From Botryllus schlosseri (lineage: Eukaryota), in NCBI GenBank assembly GCA_051294905.1, contig CM119371.1, positions 19,718,001-19,782,000 of the forward strand: a DNA stretch of 64,000 bases. The letters run 5' to 3'. The stretch's first letter is position 1. Every line of letters begins with the position of its first letter. Under the pieces are notes generated by a model. That model made no database searches. It was not told where the DNA came from and saw only the letters and a list, made by a program, of their open reading frames with translations. The position numbers and the translations under genes were made by a program. Positions 50,401 through 60,045 of this stretch are shown one piece after another.

Positions 50401-53400
50401 AGTTTGAGAACCACTGTCTTCAAGAATGAGTAATCAAACGAAACAGAGACGGTGCGATAAAAGAGCTAAGTATCTAAATTAATTTGTAACAATACCGTGT
50501 CATTAGTACTTGCGTTTATAATGAAAGATGTCGCGGGCCACAAAATATACGTCTGTGGGCCGCATGCGGCCCGCGGGCCGCGGGTTGAGAACCCCTGACT
50601 ACACAGTGCATTGACGTATCCCGCTAATTGCCGACACGCTTCTCACTAATTGGCCGCGCGAAACACTGATAATAGCCTACGACTTATTGAAGCTTCCTAA
50701 AAGTTTAAAACACATTAATAACGATACTATTTTATCCGGTTAACCAGCAGATTTATATCCGGATATCGGATAATAAAAACACCTGCTGTTAACCGGTTAA
50801 CCGAATCCAACCCTTGGACCAGACATAGGAGATTACTGCAGCAATAAAATCGATGGCGATTGTGATTACTTCATAACTGCGTGATTGCAATTAAAGCAAA
50901 ATTTCGCGGTAGTTGATTAAGATTACGATAACGTGGAAGAGTAATCGTGATTATTCACGATCACATTTATACTGCTTTGTTCGAAAGAATATAGGCAGGG
51001 TGCATTATGAGATAACAAATGTTGGGAAATTGCGACATCATTTACTTGTTACGCCACAATATATCAACTTCGCAAGTTTAAAGCTGGTGATTTATTATTC
51101 CCGCCAATTTTTGTTCTGGGAAACACTCAAGCAACATGATACAGGTAGATTCAAGTATTGAGTTCAGCTGGCAAAATATCGATTTGGTTCGCATGCCGTA
51201 GGACAAGGGTCGGCAACCTACGGCCCGCGGGCCGGATCCGGTCCGCCAAGCGAAATCGTCCGGCCCGCGACATAATAATTAGTTATCACGAGAATACGGC
51301 CCGCCGTTTCATAATGAGTTTCAATCTGCAGTGCAGCGCTGCATGAAAAAATGCGGCATTGCTACGATATAATAGTAGCGTACATCGTATTAGTCTGTTG
51401 TTACGCCATAAAACGAAGGTGGTTGAAGTAGGAGATGGAGATAGACTAGACTGGATCAGTGCTTATCAATCGGGGGTATCTCGCAACCGAAGGTGTTCCA
51501 TACTTTTTTTAAAGGGTTTACCACTCTAACGGGGAGTGACAATAAAGGTGTTCTTCCTTTGCTTCAAAAACGCTTGGAACATCTCAGACGCAATGACGGA
51601 ATCTCAAACTGTTCATTGTTCAATTATAGATAACTAGCCTCCGTATGTTAGTTAGCCTGTCTATAGTTTAATTTTCCAGAAGGCATCGTGTGCCAAGACA
51701 AAAAAACTGAATAGTGTTTTGGCCACAATGGTGAAAACTGTTAATATGATTTTTGTCTCATTAACTGAATCAGTTACGCCAGATATTACTAGAGGCAGAG
51801 AATCAATATGGCGCTGTCATGTAGGCCTATACCTGTCATGTTCGCTCATTAAGTCGAGCAGCTATGCTTACACAAGTGTATGAACTGAGAAATGAAATAG
51901 CAACTTTCCTCGAAAACACAAATATCGCTGACTCATAATCTTGTAATCGAAAATGGGTATCTCATCTTGCTTTCCTGGTACATTTAACGTCACATCTGAA
52001 CAAATTGAATTTGCAACTTCAGGGGGAAAACGACTAAATAGCCTACATGAGATGTTGAGGCGCATTCAAAACAAATCTGTGACTCTGGAAATGTCAACAG
52101 CACAAAGAAAATTATGCTCACTTTCCTATACTTGAGGAGAGAAAACCTAGTACCAACACTACATTTGTAACTGTGAAACGAAATTTAACTACTGAATATT
52201 CACCCGCTTTTCCGACATTCCTTCTCTACAAAATGAATTCTGACTATTCAGTACTCTGTTCAATGCGGACGCCAATACCATTGCCTGAAAATTTCAAATG
52301 GCCTTTCTGAAATGCGATGCAGTTGAATTGAATGACAAATTTATACAAAGAGCATATCGCTGCATGACTTTGACAAAGAGAACGTTCTTGAAATTGGTCT
52401 TTATCCCAGCTTGACCAGCAATGCAAAAGAAATTGCATCGATTTTTGGAAGCACGTACGCATGTGAACAATAGTTTTGAACAATGAAATTCACGAAGAGC
52501 AAGCTAAGATCACGTATTTCGGACGTCCATTTTGAATAGGGTCTGATTCTTGTTTCATCTGACTTGTTACCAGAAGTTGAAAACCTTTCACAGAGCAAGC
52601 TGCGTCATTTGTCACAATTATTCTGTGTTGTTGAAGTGTAAATACATGTGTCTTCTGATTGGTATGATTGAGATTGCAGCAATGTAGGATAATATACCGA
52701 AGTGAGCGTAAAATATAGTACTAAGAAAAAATCCGGCCCGCCAAAAAGTTGTACACCCGAAATTTGGCCCGCGACTAGCAAAAGGTTGCCGACCCCTGCC
52801 GTAGGAGAATAAGACAAAATGATCATGATCACGAAATTCTGCCATTAAAACTAACGCTTTTTGTAACGTAACACTCATACGTCATACACCTATACAATCC
52901 CTACGATACACATATCGCGTACGGTGGCTCAGTTACTTGGGTAGTGAATATAATTCGTTACGACGCAATCAATGAGCCAACATAGCTAACACTTGGGATG
53001 TAGTAGTGGGCAGCGAGGTTCACAAATACGACGTTTCCACAGTTAATAACTATGATATATCGCACTATTTATTTTCCAGATTATGTCGTATTCCTTATTA
53101 TTTCAAAGGGTATAGTGACAGTTACCGTACTTTTACAACTTAATCTATTATATATGCGATATATTGGATTACACAGATGCAGTAACCGCCCATGTCAGGA
53201 TGTTACATAATTCCTGTCATTTATCACTACGACCACCAAACTTCTAACCTCAGTTAGCATATCATTATTTGGTAATGTTTAATCACTTACGTATGCGTTA
53301 TAGTTCCGGGCGATCAATCGCGAGCGAGACGCATTCGCCATGTGCCCAGGTGTGAAGATCAAAACGGGGAAGGGCGATATCGAACACGCGTGTATCGGGA

Positions 53401-53531
53401 GCACCAGCAATTCCCCGACCCTAACACATTGCGGCGATTATGCGTGGAGAGATATCGATGATCAGAGATGGATTGCTTACCGGCTGAATCAGAGGATGAT
53501 TGATTCTGTTGTGATGATATTTTACAGATGA
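41111..53531 (+). CDS. ITLN: Secreted intelectin (X-type lectin) with N-terminal collagen segment; join(41111..41405,43282..43388,45315..45619,46700..46922,53304..53531), 385 aa
   Basis: Signal peptide, 8 Gly-X-Y triplets, then intelectin motifs SCNEI, [58 protein letters not shown], CGDY, and C-terminal VMIFYR*. All introns are GT-AG with matching phases (1,0,2,0); total 1158 nt. Confidence 0.93.
41564..42580. mobile_element. hAT MITE in intelectin intron 1
   Basis: TIR tagggatagtgtgaac / gttcacaccatcccta; TSD CTACTTAC; GAACC/GGTTC repeats. Confidence 0.85.
43282..43388 (+). CDS. ITLN: Intelectin coding exon 2
   Basis: tttcatag|ATTTC... (D)FMTVGSIAQPASSCNEINRVSPGADNGLYYLRDTE|gtaac. Confidence 0.9.
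44063..44293. mobile_element. Short hAT MITE in intron 2
   Basis: TIR cagaggtggtca / tgaccacctctg; TSD CCGTTGAC. Confidence 0.88.
45315..45619 (+). CDS. ITLN: Intelectin coding exon 3 (fibrinogen-like core)
   Basis: [43 protein letters not shown]...IWQVPNDTPLSDFAA; donor AG|GTTAGT. Confidence 0.95.
46343..46630 (-). mobile_element. SINE family B copy in intron 3
   Basis: Reverse complement of 34229-34512, including A and B boxes. Confidence 0.78.
46700..46922 (+). CDS. ITLN: Intelectin coding exon 4
   Basis: ttttag|A GCT... AFLKYHTSNGFMTRFGGNLASLF...DNGPAIPITW...VDAGYIQ|gtaata. Confidence 0.93.
48037..50815 (-). mobile_element. Decayed hAT element with transposase C-terminal remnant, hosting 49020-50597
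   Basis: GGTTAACCGGATA subterminal repeats at both ends; minus frame VEAERAFNTCGLYVTKLRSRLQDATIDAVCF (hAT dimerisation domain). Confidence 0.6.
49020..50597 (-). mobile_element. hAT (Buster/SPIN-like) element with transposase remnant; nested MITE at 50091-50416
   Basis: TIR caggggttctcaac / gttgagaacccctg, flanked by ACTACAC. Minus-strand fragments ASLKIASNIAKPKKS and YFYAALDESTDI (first catalytic Asp motif). Confidence 0.75.
51204..52798 (+). mobile_element. hAT (SPIN/GTF2IRD2-like) element with decayed transposase
   Basis: TIR caagggtcggcaacc / ggttgccgacccctg; TSD CCGTAGGA; plus-strand remnant ASIFGSTYACEQ*F*TMKFTKSKLRSRISDVHFE. Confidence 0.85.
53304..53531 (+). CDS. ITLN: Intelectin coding exon 5 (ligand-binding region, stop)
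   Basis: ttatag|FRAINRERDAFAMCPGVK...EHACIG...CGDY...VVMIFYR*. Confidence 0.93.
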   Translation, partial: FRAINRERDAFAMCPGVKIKTGKGDIEHACIGSTSNSPTLTHCGDYAWRDIDDQRWIAYRLNQRMIDSVVMIFYR

Positions 53532-53787
53532 TTTATTAACCCGCCAGATCGCAGAAGAACATTGCTTTCCGAATGAACGTTTTGCATGAATGTTTTTGTG
53601 GCAATAATCACTTGTGTCGAAAGTGAAACGTCATGAAATTAAAGTTTACTGTCGCGTTGAGCTGCAAATTCCGTTCGCTTTGATTTTAGTGTCGACTGGA
53701 CCCAGAGACACATTGCAGATTCGACGGATGTATTACAACGAAGGCAGGCACAATAAACACATCAATACTTCCAATCCAATCCAAGAC

Positions 53788-54384
53788 TTAACACAGTAAC
53801 AACTCCACACAAAGACACTCCAAGACCAACTCCAATCCAACTACATATCTACCAAGAAAGACTAACTCAATCCTTTTCGGTATCACGTATGATTGTTGGG
53901 TACTAATACGACAACATACAATCTTTCGATTGGGCTTAACAATGGGCACCATTTTGCCAGCAACACTTATACACTCGTCTCTCGCGTATAATACCACGTC
54001 AAAATCGCGAAGAGCATCAAGGCCCAAAATACCAACAGGAGTGCCGAGTTTAGCAACGTTAACAGCCATTTCTTTACACACATCATTAATACAAAGCTTT
54101 AAGCACAATCTACCAACAACGTCTAGCTTGTAGCCATTTGCCACAGTAAAGTCTCTCGTAATGGGCTCCAACATATTCCAAGAATAACCCAAAATATCAA
54201 AAAGTTCGACGCTAATAAACGTTTCGGGACTACCACTATCAATCAAAAACTGGAAAAAATAACCATCAACACCAATACTCGCATACCAGTTTACCTTTAA
54301 ATCAAGCGCACAAATCAACTTCTCCAAGTCAGGGGCATACCAGTCAGGTGCCAATTGTTGGTCACCTATCGTCTCTCTAAAAAA
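53788..54384 (-). CDS. Gypsy-type aspartic protease (pol 5' part), in -1 frame relative to gag
   Basis: FLIDSGSPETFIS active-site motif, VANG flap, GILGLDAL. The frame is open from the slippery site at 54378-54384 and ends before any RT. Confidence 0.85.
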   Translation of the reverse strand, partial: FFRETIGDQQLAPDWYAPDLEKLICALDLKVNWYASIGVDGYFFQFLIDSGSPETFISVELFDILGYSWNMLEPITRDFTVANGYKLDVVGRLCLKLCINDVCKEMAVNVAKLGTPVGILGLDALRDFDVVLYARDECISVAGKMVPIVKPNRKIVCCRISTQQSYVIPKRIELVFLGRYVVGLELVLECLCVELLLC

Positions 54385-55145
54385 TCCTTCGGAGCAGTAG
54401 GCTGTTCGGTAGAGGTGTTCCTTTGACCAATCCCGTCATTCATATTATCGTTTGGAAGTATTTCCCTGCATTCATCCTCCCAGTGTCCATTTTTCCTACA
54501 TCGAGCACATACAGGCACACGGCAGAACTTTGCGGAGTGACCATACAATCCACAATGGTTACAATTACCTTGGAACCGTCTTCTGTGACCGTAGCTGTCT
54601 TGCCTACGCGCTGTAGAAAATTTCAATTCCTCCATCTCCTTTGAAAACATATTCTTCAGTTGCCTCATTTCATTTTCCAAGTCGGCTACCATCTTTGTAA
54701 ACTCAGGTTTTCCACCAGACGTACAACCGTCACTGCATGTCTTGCCTGTCGCAATCGGAGCAATCATGGGTTTACGTAGCACTGAGGACTTTGTAGTTTT
54801 AAGAACATCCAATACATCTGTTGCTCGGTCAACCAGGTCCCATAGCGAGGCTTCTTTGTTTTCAATCGACAAGGCCAAGGCAACGCTTGCATCTCCATAG
54901 CCCGTAGCAAATTGTCTTTTAGTCAAGCTCTCGACTTCCATTTGGTCACGCCCAGGAAACGCCTTCCTCGCCAACTTCTGTAGTGCGATAGCGAAATCAG
55001 CAGGAGACTCCTGAAGGTTTTTCTCCCGAGCATGAAATTCACGAACATAGTCCTTCTCGTGGGTTGATTTACCCAATCGTTTCTTCAGATGCGACACCAA
55101 CTTGTCATAATCGCGACGATCTTCTTCTTGTAGTTCTAAAGCCAC
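54366..55145 (-). CDS. Gypsy Gag (5'-truncated): capsid-like region + two CCHC zinc knuckles
   Basis: DYDKLVSHLKKRLG, ESPADFAIALQKLARKAFP, QFATGY, CNHCGLYGHSAKFC and CARCRKNGHWEDEC. Confidence 0.88.
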   Translation of the reverse strand: MALELQEEDRRDYDKLVSHLKKRLGKSTHEKDYVREFHAREKNLQESPADFAIALQKLARKAFPGRDQMEVESLTKRQFATGYGDASVALALSIENKEASLWDLVDRATDVLDVLKTTKSSVLRKPMIAPIATGKTCSDGCTSGGKPEFTKMVADLENEMRQLKNMFSKEMEELKFSTARRQDSYGHRRRFQGNCNHCGLYGHSAKFCRVPVCARCRKNGHWEDECREILPNDNMNDGIGQRNTSTEQPTAPKDFLERR

Positions 55146-55500
55146 ATAGTTCTAAAGTCACATATGTATCGTATTCCATGCGTCGGGGCAACGGCATTTA
55201 CTGGAATGATTTCTGCTGTTACCGAGTACTGACTATACTTATGATCAAATATCGTATGGTCGAAAAAGAATGGAGGTGTCATACCTTATAGACTTATGTG
55301 AATCAACCACGTCGCGTATCAGTTATAAATCTGGGAAATATCATACCATTAAGTTGACACTGTCGTGAGATGATAACTGGATGGTCGTTCATCCATTAGA
55401 CATCTCAAACCACCACCAGTCGAGCAGAAGTATACTTAGTTACTGATCACCCCGTCTAATTGAAGTATTAATTTATCAAAGATGTTTCCTCTAAAATCTA

Positions 55501-55740
55501 TTTGAACAGTATATTTACATGGAAATGAACCCGAATATTTTTGGCTGACAATCGGCAGGGCTAATCGTCAGCAACTAGTCGAGAATGGGAAAGAACATTG
55601 TAGATCAACAATCGTATTAAAAAATATGACGTTTGCAGGAACGCGTAAATCAGCATATCCCTAGCTTTATTGAGAAAATCAGCTTTGTTCTTTTGTTTAC
55701 TGTTTTCCTTTGCCCTTTTTTATTTTAACTAATGGAAAAG

Positions 55741-55775
<35 letters not shown>

Positions 55776-56251
55776 TCGGACACGCGCATCACGCTCGGTG
55801 AAAAGCTCACCCCTGACTCCTCCGCTCAAGCTTGAAACTCAACAATCAAAGGCCGTAAATTCTGCCATTGGCAAACATCTGTTGGATTATCCAGCTTGTG
55901 CGAAAAATCATCGATACAACAGATTTCGTGGCGTTGGGAGGGGCCGTTCACACTTTCATTTGTGTGCCTTGGAGTCGGCTTTCATCAAAACACACCAGCC
56001 AAGGCTGTGTCAGTGGAAAGAGTTCGTGTACCATCTACAAATAGCACATTTAACGCTCTCGTATTCGAAATTTCATGCTGGTGATGTCGTATTTTGTGAT
56101 ACGATTGTTGATATACGATGTGCTTTTCCCTTCTCTACTAGTTGCTGACGACCACCCCCGACGAGTATCAGCCGCAAATATTCGGGTTCATTTCAATATG
56201 AACTGCACATACTATTCGTATGTATATCGAAGTTCTGTACCTCCAAGAAGC
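55501..56251 (+). mobile_element. Penelope-like element fragment with inverted 5' pLTR piece
   Basis: 55501-55632 is antisense pLTR. 55800-56251 is sense, with SAIGKHLLDYPACAKNH...HFHLCALESAFIKTHQPRLCQWKEF plus pLTR. Flanking TAAAATCTA duplication; hammerhead cores mutated in both pLTR copies. Confidence 0.82.
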
Positions 56252-56592
56252 TCTTAAAATCTAATTATTAGCGATCGAACAATTTTGAAACTTTGCATGA
56301 TATGTCGCTATTACGTTATCCCCATTGGGCCGCTACAGAAAACGCACAAAATACGAATGTAAATGCTTTATTTACTGAAATATTGAACACTCTGGCTACC
56401 CTGGCAAAGCGGAAAATGCAATTCAACGATGAACCGTGGATGGTGCCCGCTTTCCGAAGAGCTGATATCAAGCCTTCGAGAGATAGTTGATGGGGGTGTT
56501 CGCGCAAATGAGTCCCGGCAACCTGCAGTGCCTGCGAAATCATTTCCTGAAACAAAGCAAAAAATCTATGAAAATGACAAGATTGTATAGGT

Positions 56593-57150
56593 CAGGGGTC
56601 ACCAACACATGGCCCGCGAGGTCACATTTTGCGGCACGCGACCTGATTTGAAATTTTGGAAAAACACTTAGTAAAGCCTTTTGAAATGCTGAAATTGATT
56701 CCAGTTTAAAAATACTGTTGTTGTTGTTCAAAGTAAGCTATTCTCCTATGCCCAACATCACTATTCCTCTATAGCTAATACGGCTTCGGCGATGGTAATA
56801 TCATTCAACGGATGAAGAATTTGCTGGTATGAATGGGCATATTGCCTTGACGTGCGATGGTCCGCCACTGCCAAGACCGTGGAGATTAGAAGACGACTTC
56901 GGGCTCCCCACAAGACCAAGCTTTTTGAGGAGAAAGTTTCCCAGCAAGTACCGTGTCCATAGCTAACCCCACTATCGATTCTTTAGTCCAGGGGTGGCCA
57001 ATCTGCGGTAGTAGAAGGAAAATTTTGCAGCCGTCGATTCATAATTCGATTAGGAAGTGTTGGCGGCCGTCAATATGCCATTGAATTTACGAATTGACTC
57101 CCTGCGCGCGGTTCAATGCGGTTGATTTTCGATTTTAATATAGTAGTGTG
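56593..57150. mobile_element. Partial inverted copy of composite hAT 28587-30161
   Basis: Reverse complement of about 29530-30161, including the nested junction. Confidence 0.75.
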
Positions 57151-58406
57151 CTTTGGGATCCAAGCCGTCCAGTACAGATGCAAACAGCAGAGGAAAATGA
57201 TGTGCCCCATAAAGAAATACTAATTTGAAATATATGGCGATTGGCGAATACCTCGTATACTTTGAAAAGACAAATTGAATTGACTTTCGAGTTGACTCGT
57301 GACTTAACTTGACTCGACTCTACTTGACTCAAGTCACATTTAAAAATCAATTGACTTGACTTTACTCGATTCAAATTTTGTAGTGACTCGAAATGACTTG
57401 TGACTCGACGGCAGTGACTTGATCCCAACACTGACGCATAGTAAGTCGATATGAGTAATTAGGGCAGTGGTTCCCAAACTTTTTCGGTGTGAGGGCCAAA
57501 TACTACGGCTATGAAACGAACCCAAACAGTCATCATGGCTATTTCGGAGTAGTTTTATTGCCCTGACGAGATTTCAAAACTGTACAGTGTACACTGTTTG
57601 CCGCTACTTAGCTGCTGCATTAGGTGTCCGTTGAGTGAATCAGCTTTTCTCGCCTAAACGCGCGAAGCGCGAGAAATTTCTTTAGTTTCATGACTGAATC
57701 GGTCAATATGATCGGGAATTGCATGTATTGCTATCAATTTTCATCCTGTCTCTGTTCACGTAATCTGATTTACCGGTAGAGCTGAGTGAGGTGTGTTTGA
57801 AAAGGTATGGGCCCCCTCAATAGTACTAATCAAACATCTCCGGCGGTATACCCGTTGGCAGGAATGTAACAGCACTTCGTCAGGACCCCGGGCTCCCATA
57901 GGGTGCCATATGGACAATTAAACCTATATGTATTTTGTATATATAACAAAGTTTTTTGTATTTCGAAGTTTTTGGTCAGCATAAAAGCAGTCCTTTACGG
58001 CCAGGCCTTTCTCGCTGCCAATCGTTCTGACACACTTCTTGGAGTCACATGTTACATGGCTAAAAACTTTATATGTCTGGATACGTTGTGGTGCGGTCAT
58101 GGCCTACGCTGATATGTCCATGTCTATAAATCTTGCATACTTTTTCTTGGGGATGAGTACCCAATAATAAAGAAAAGTGGCGAATTGAATTCACGCAAGG
58201 CGCGAAAATTTTTTGAAAAAATTGCATAAATTTTCAAAAAAGACTCTATAATTTCTGCTAATTCACGAAATAATTTGGGGGCCCCCTCAATTGGGGGGTT
58301 TGGGGTGCGGCAGTTACGGCCCCGACTATAAGACTACCAATTGAGCTAAGCAGTATGCATCTCGGTGTATTCAACCGTGAGTCACGTATTGCACATCTAG
58401 TTATCA

Positions 58407-60045
58407 TAGGGTTACCATACGTCCTCTTTTAAGATGATTTATCCTCTTTTTTGATTTTTTTTTAAAAATGTCCTCGGAGGATGTCTTCTTTTTTGAGATT
58501 TTGTCTTCTTTTTTGAGGATTTTGGTTACATATAGGGCCAAATTCGACTGATATACATTAAAGTCAGCAAAGTAGGAACGCTACGGAGGCTATTTCGGGA
58601 GCTAGACCGTAAAGTTGACCTTTTATTCCAGCCAACCACCTGTTAATGTGAAAGTAAAACTGTATTTTCCGGGAGTTGAGTCTCTTTTTCTTTTTTAGTC
58701 AAGCGACCACCAAGTGGGAAAAATTTACCATTTTTTCAGGATTTTACTCCGGTTTTAAAAGTTATCGATACCTTTTTATATCTATAGCTACTGCTCGTTC
58801 AACTGGAAAGTTAGCGCACATTGCATTGAAACAGCAATGACGTAACGTTAGCAGTCTATACTAACAACTCTCCAGCAATTCTATAATTAAAAACTACAGA
58901 GGCCATGCCAAGCAAAAAATATATTTTATAAGTATAATTTTATTTTTTGTCATAAATCGATTTCTTAATATATTTTTGAGGCCGCAAGAAGGCTATCTGG
59001 GGGCCGCGCTTGGGAATCACTGCTTTAATCCATGGCTTCCAACCAATGTTCCCGCTAAGCTGCGCAAGTGCGCAAAGCTGACACGGTCTCTGCGCACAGA
59101 AAATGTAAGCTGCGCACTAACAATCCGGAGAGACGAACTTTTTTTTGTTAGTCGTTACGCAATGTTGTCCAAGGGACCGCGCAGTGAGTTGGTGAGTGCG
59201 CGCAGACTCGTGAAGAATCAGCGGAAGCATTGTTTCCAACTTGGCCGATTTCTAGAAACTAGTGGGCGAAAATGTTAGAACGTCCGCTTGGATGTATGGT
59301 TGATTAACACGGCCAAAAAGTACACATGAACACAGCTTATTCAGGTCAACTCACCGGATAGTAGACGCGGAAACCGGTTTCCCGAGCACTTACTCGAAAA
59401 GAATGACCTTTTTTCAGTCAGGCCAACAGCGATCAGATTCAAGTGAATAAATTTCATGTTTACAACCCACTTCTATGTACAATTGAAACGTATATTCATA
59501 TTGGAATGAACACGAATGTTTGCGGTTGGCATTCTTCAGCAACTAGTAGAGAATTGGAAAGAATGTTGCATATCAACAACCGTATTTCGAAATATGACGT
59601 AACCAGCATGAAATGAGGTCTCAAATAAGAGAGCGTTCAATGTGCTATTTTAAGATGGTACGCGAACTCCTTCCGTTGACAAAACTTGGGCTGATGTATC
59701 GGTGTTAACTAAACAGATGTCATTTTTCAGATTTGACTCCCGCATAGCGCGTCGTCTGCCTTTAGCCCTAAATTTAACGTCTTTGGTGGTCTTTTTCTGC
59801 ATTTTAGGGTAAAAAGGAGGACATTTGGGCGAAGGGGGGTCTTTTTCTTCGAAAAGGAGGACAGGTCCTCCTAAACGAGGACGTTCAATTCAATTTATTG
59901 CTAATAATTTCATCATTTCAATACACCGCAGGACTGCGACGCAATGAAAGATTGGCAGGTGTCGAAACGACTTGAAGAATCCTTTGTTAATCAGACACCC
60001 ACCTGGCCTAGGCGATATAAAAAAAAGTAACGTAGGGTAACTCTA
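58407..60045. mobile_element. TAGGGTTACCA-type hAT element (GTCCTC/GAGGAC repeats) with nested fragments
   Basis: Ends tagggttacc / ggtaactcta; flanks TTATCA / CTATCA. Contains a Penelope pLTR relic (59480-59700) and a LINE 3' end (59885-60018). Confidence 0.6.

Noticed and set aside
55528..56188. Active hammerheads in the second Penelope insertion
   Set aside because: Cores are mutated (CUGCCGA/CAAAA and CCGACGA/GCAA), so likely inactive.
57838..57908. GC-rich stretch with CUGACGA on the minus strand as a ribozyme
   Set aside because: No GAAA core or compatible stems follow.
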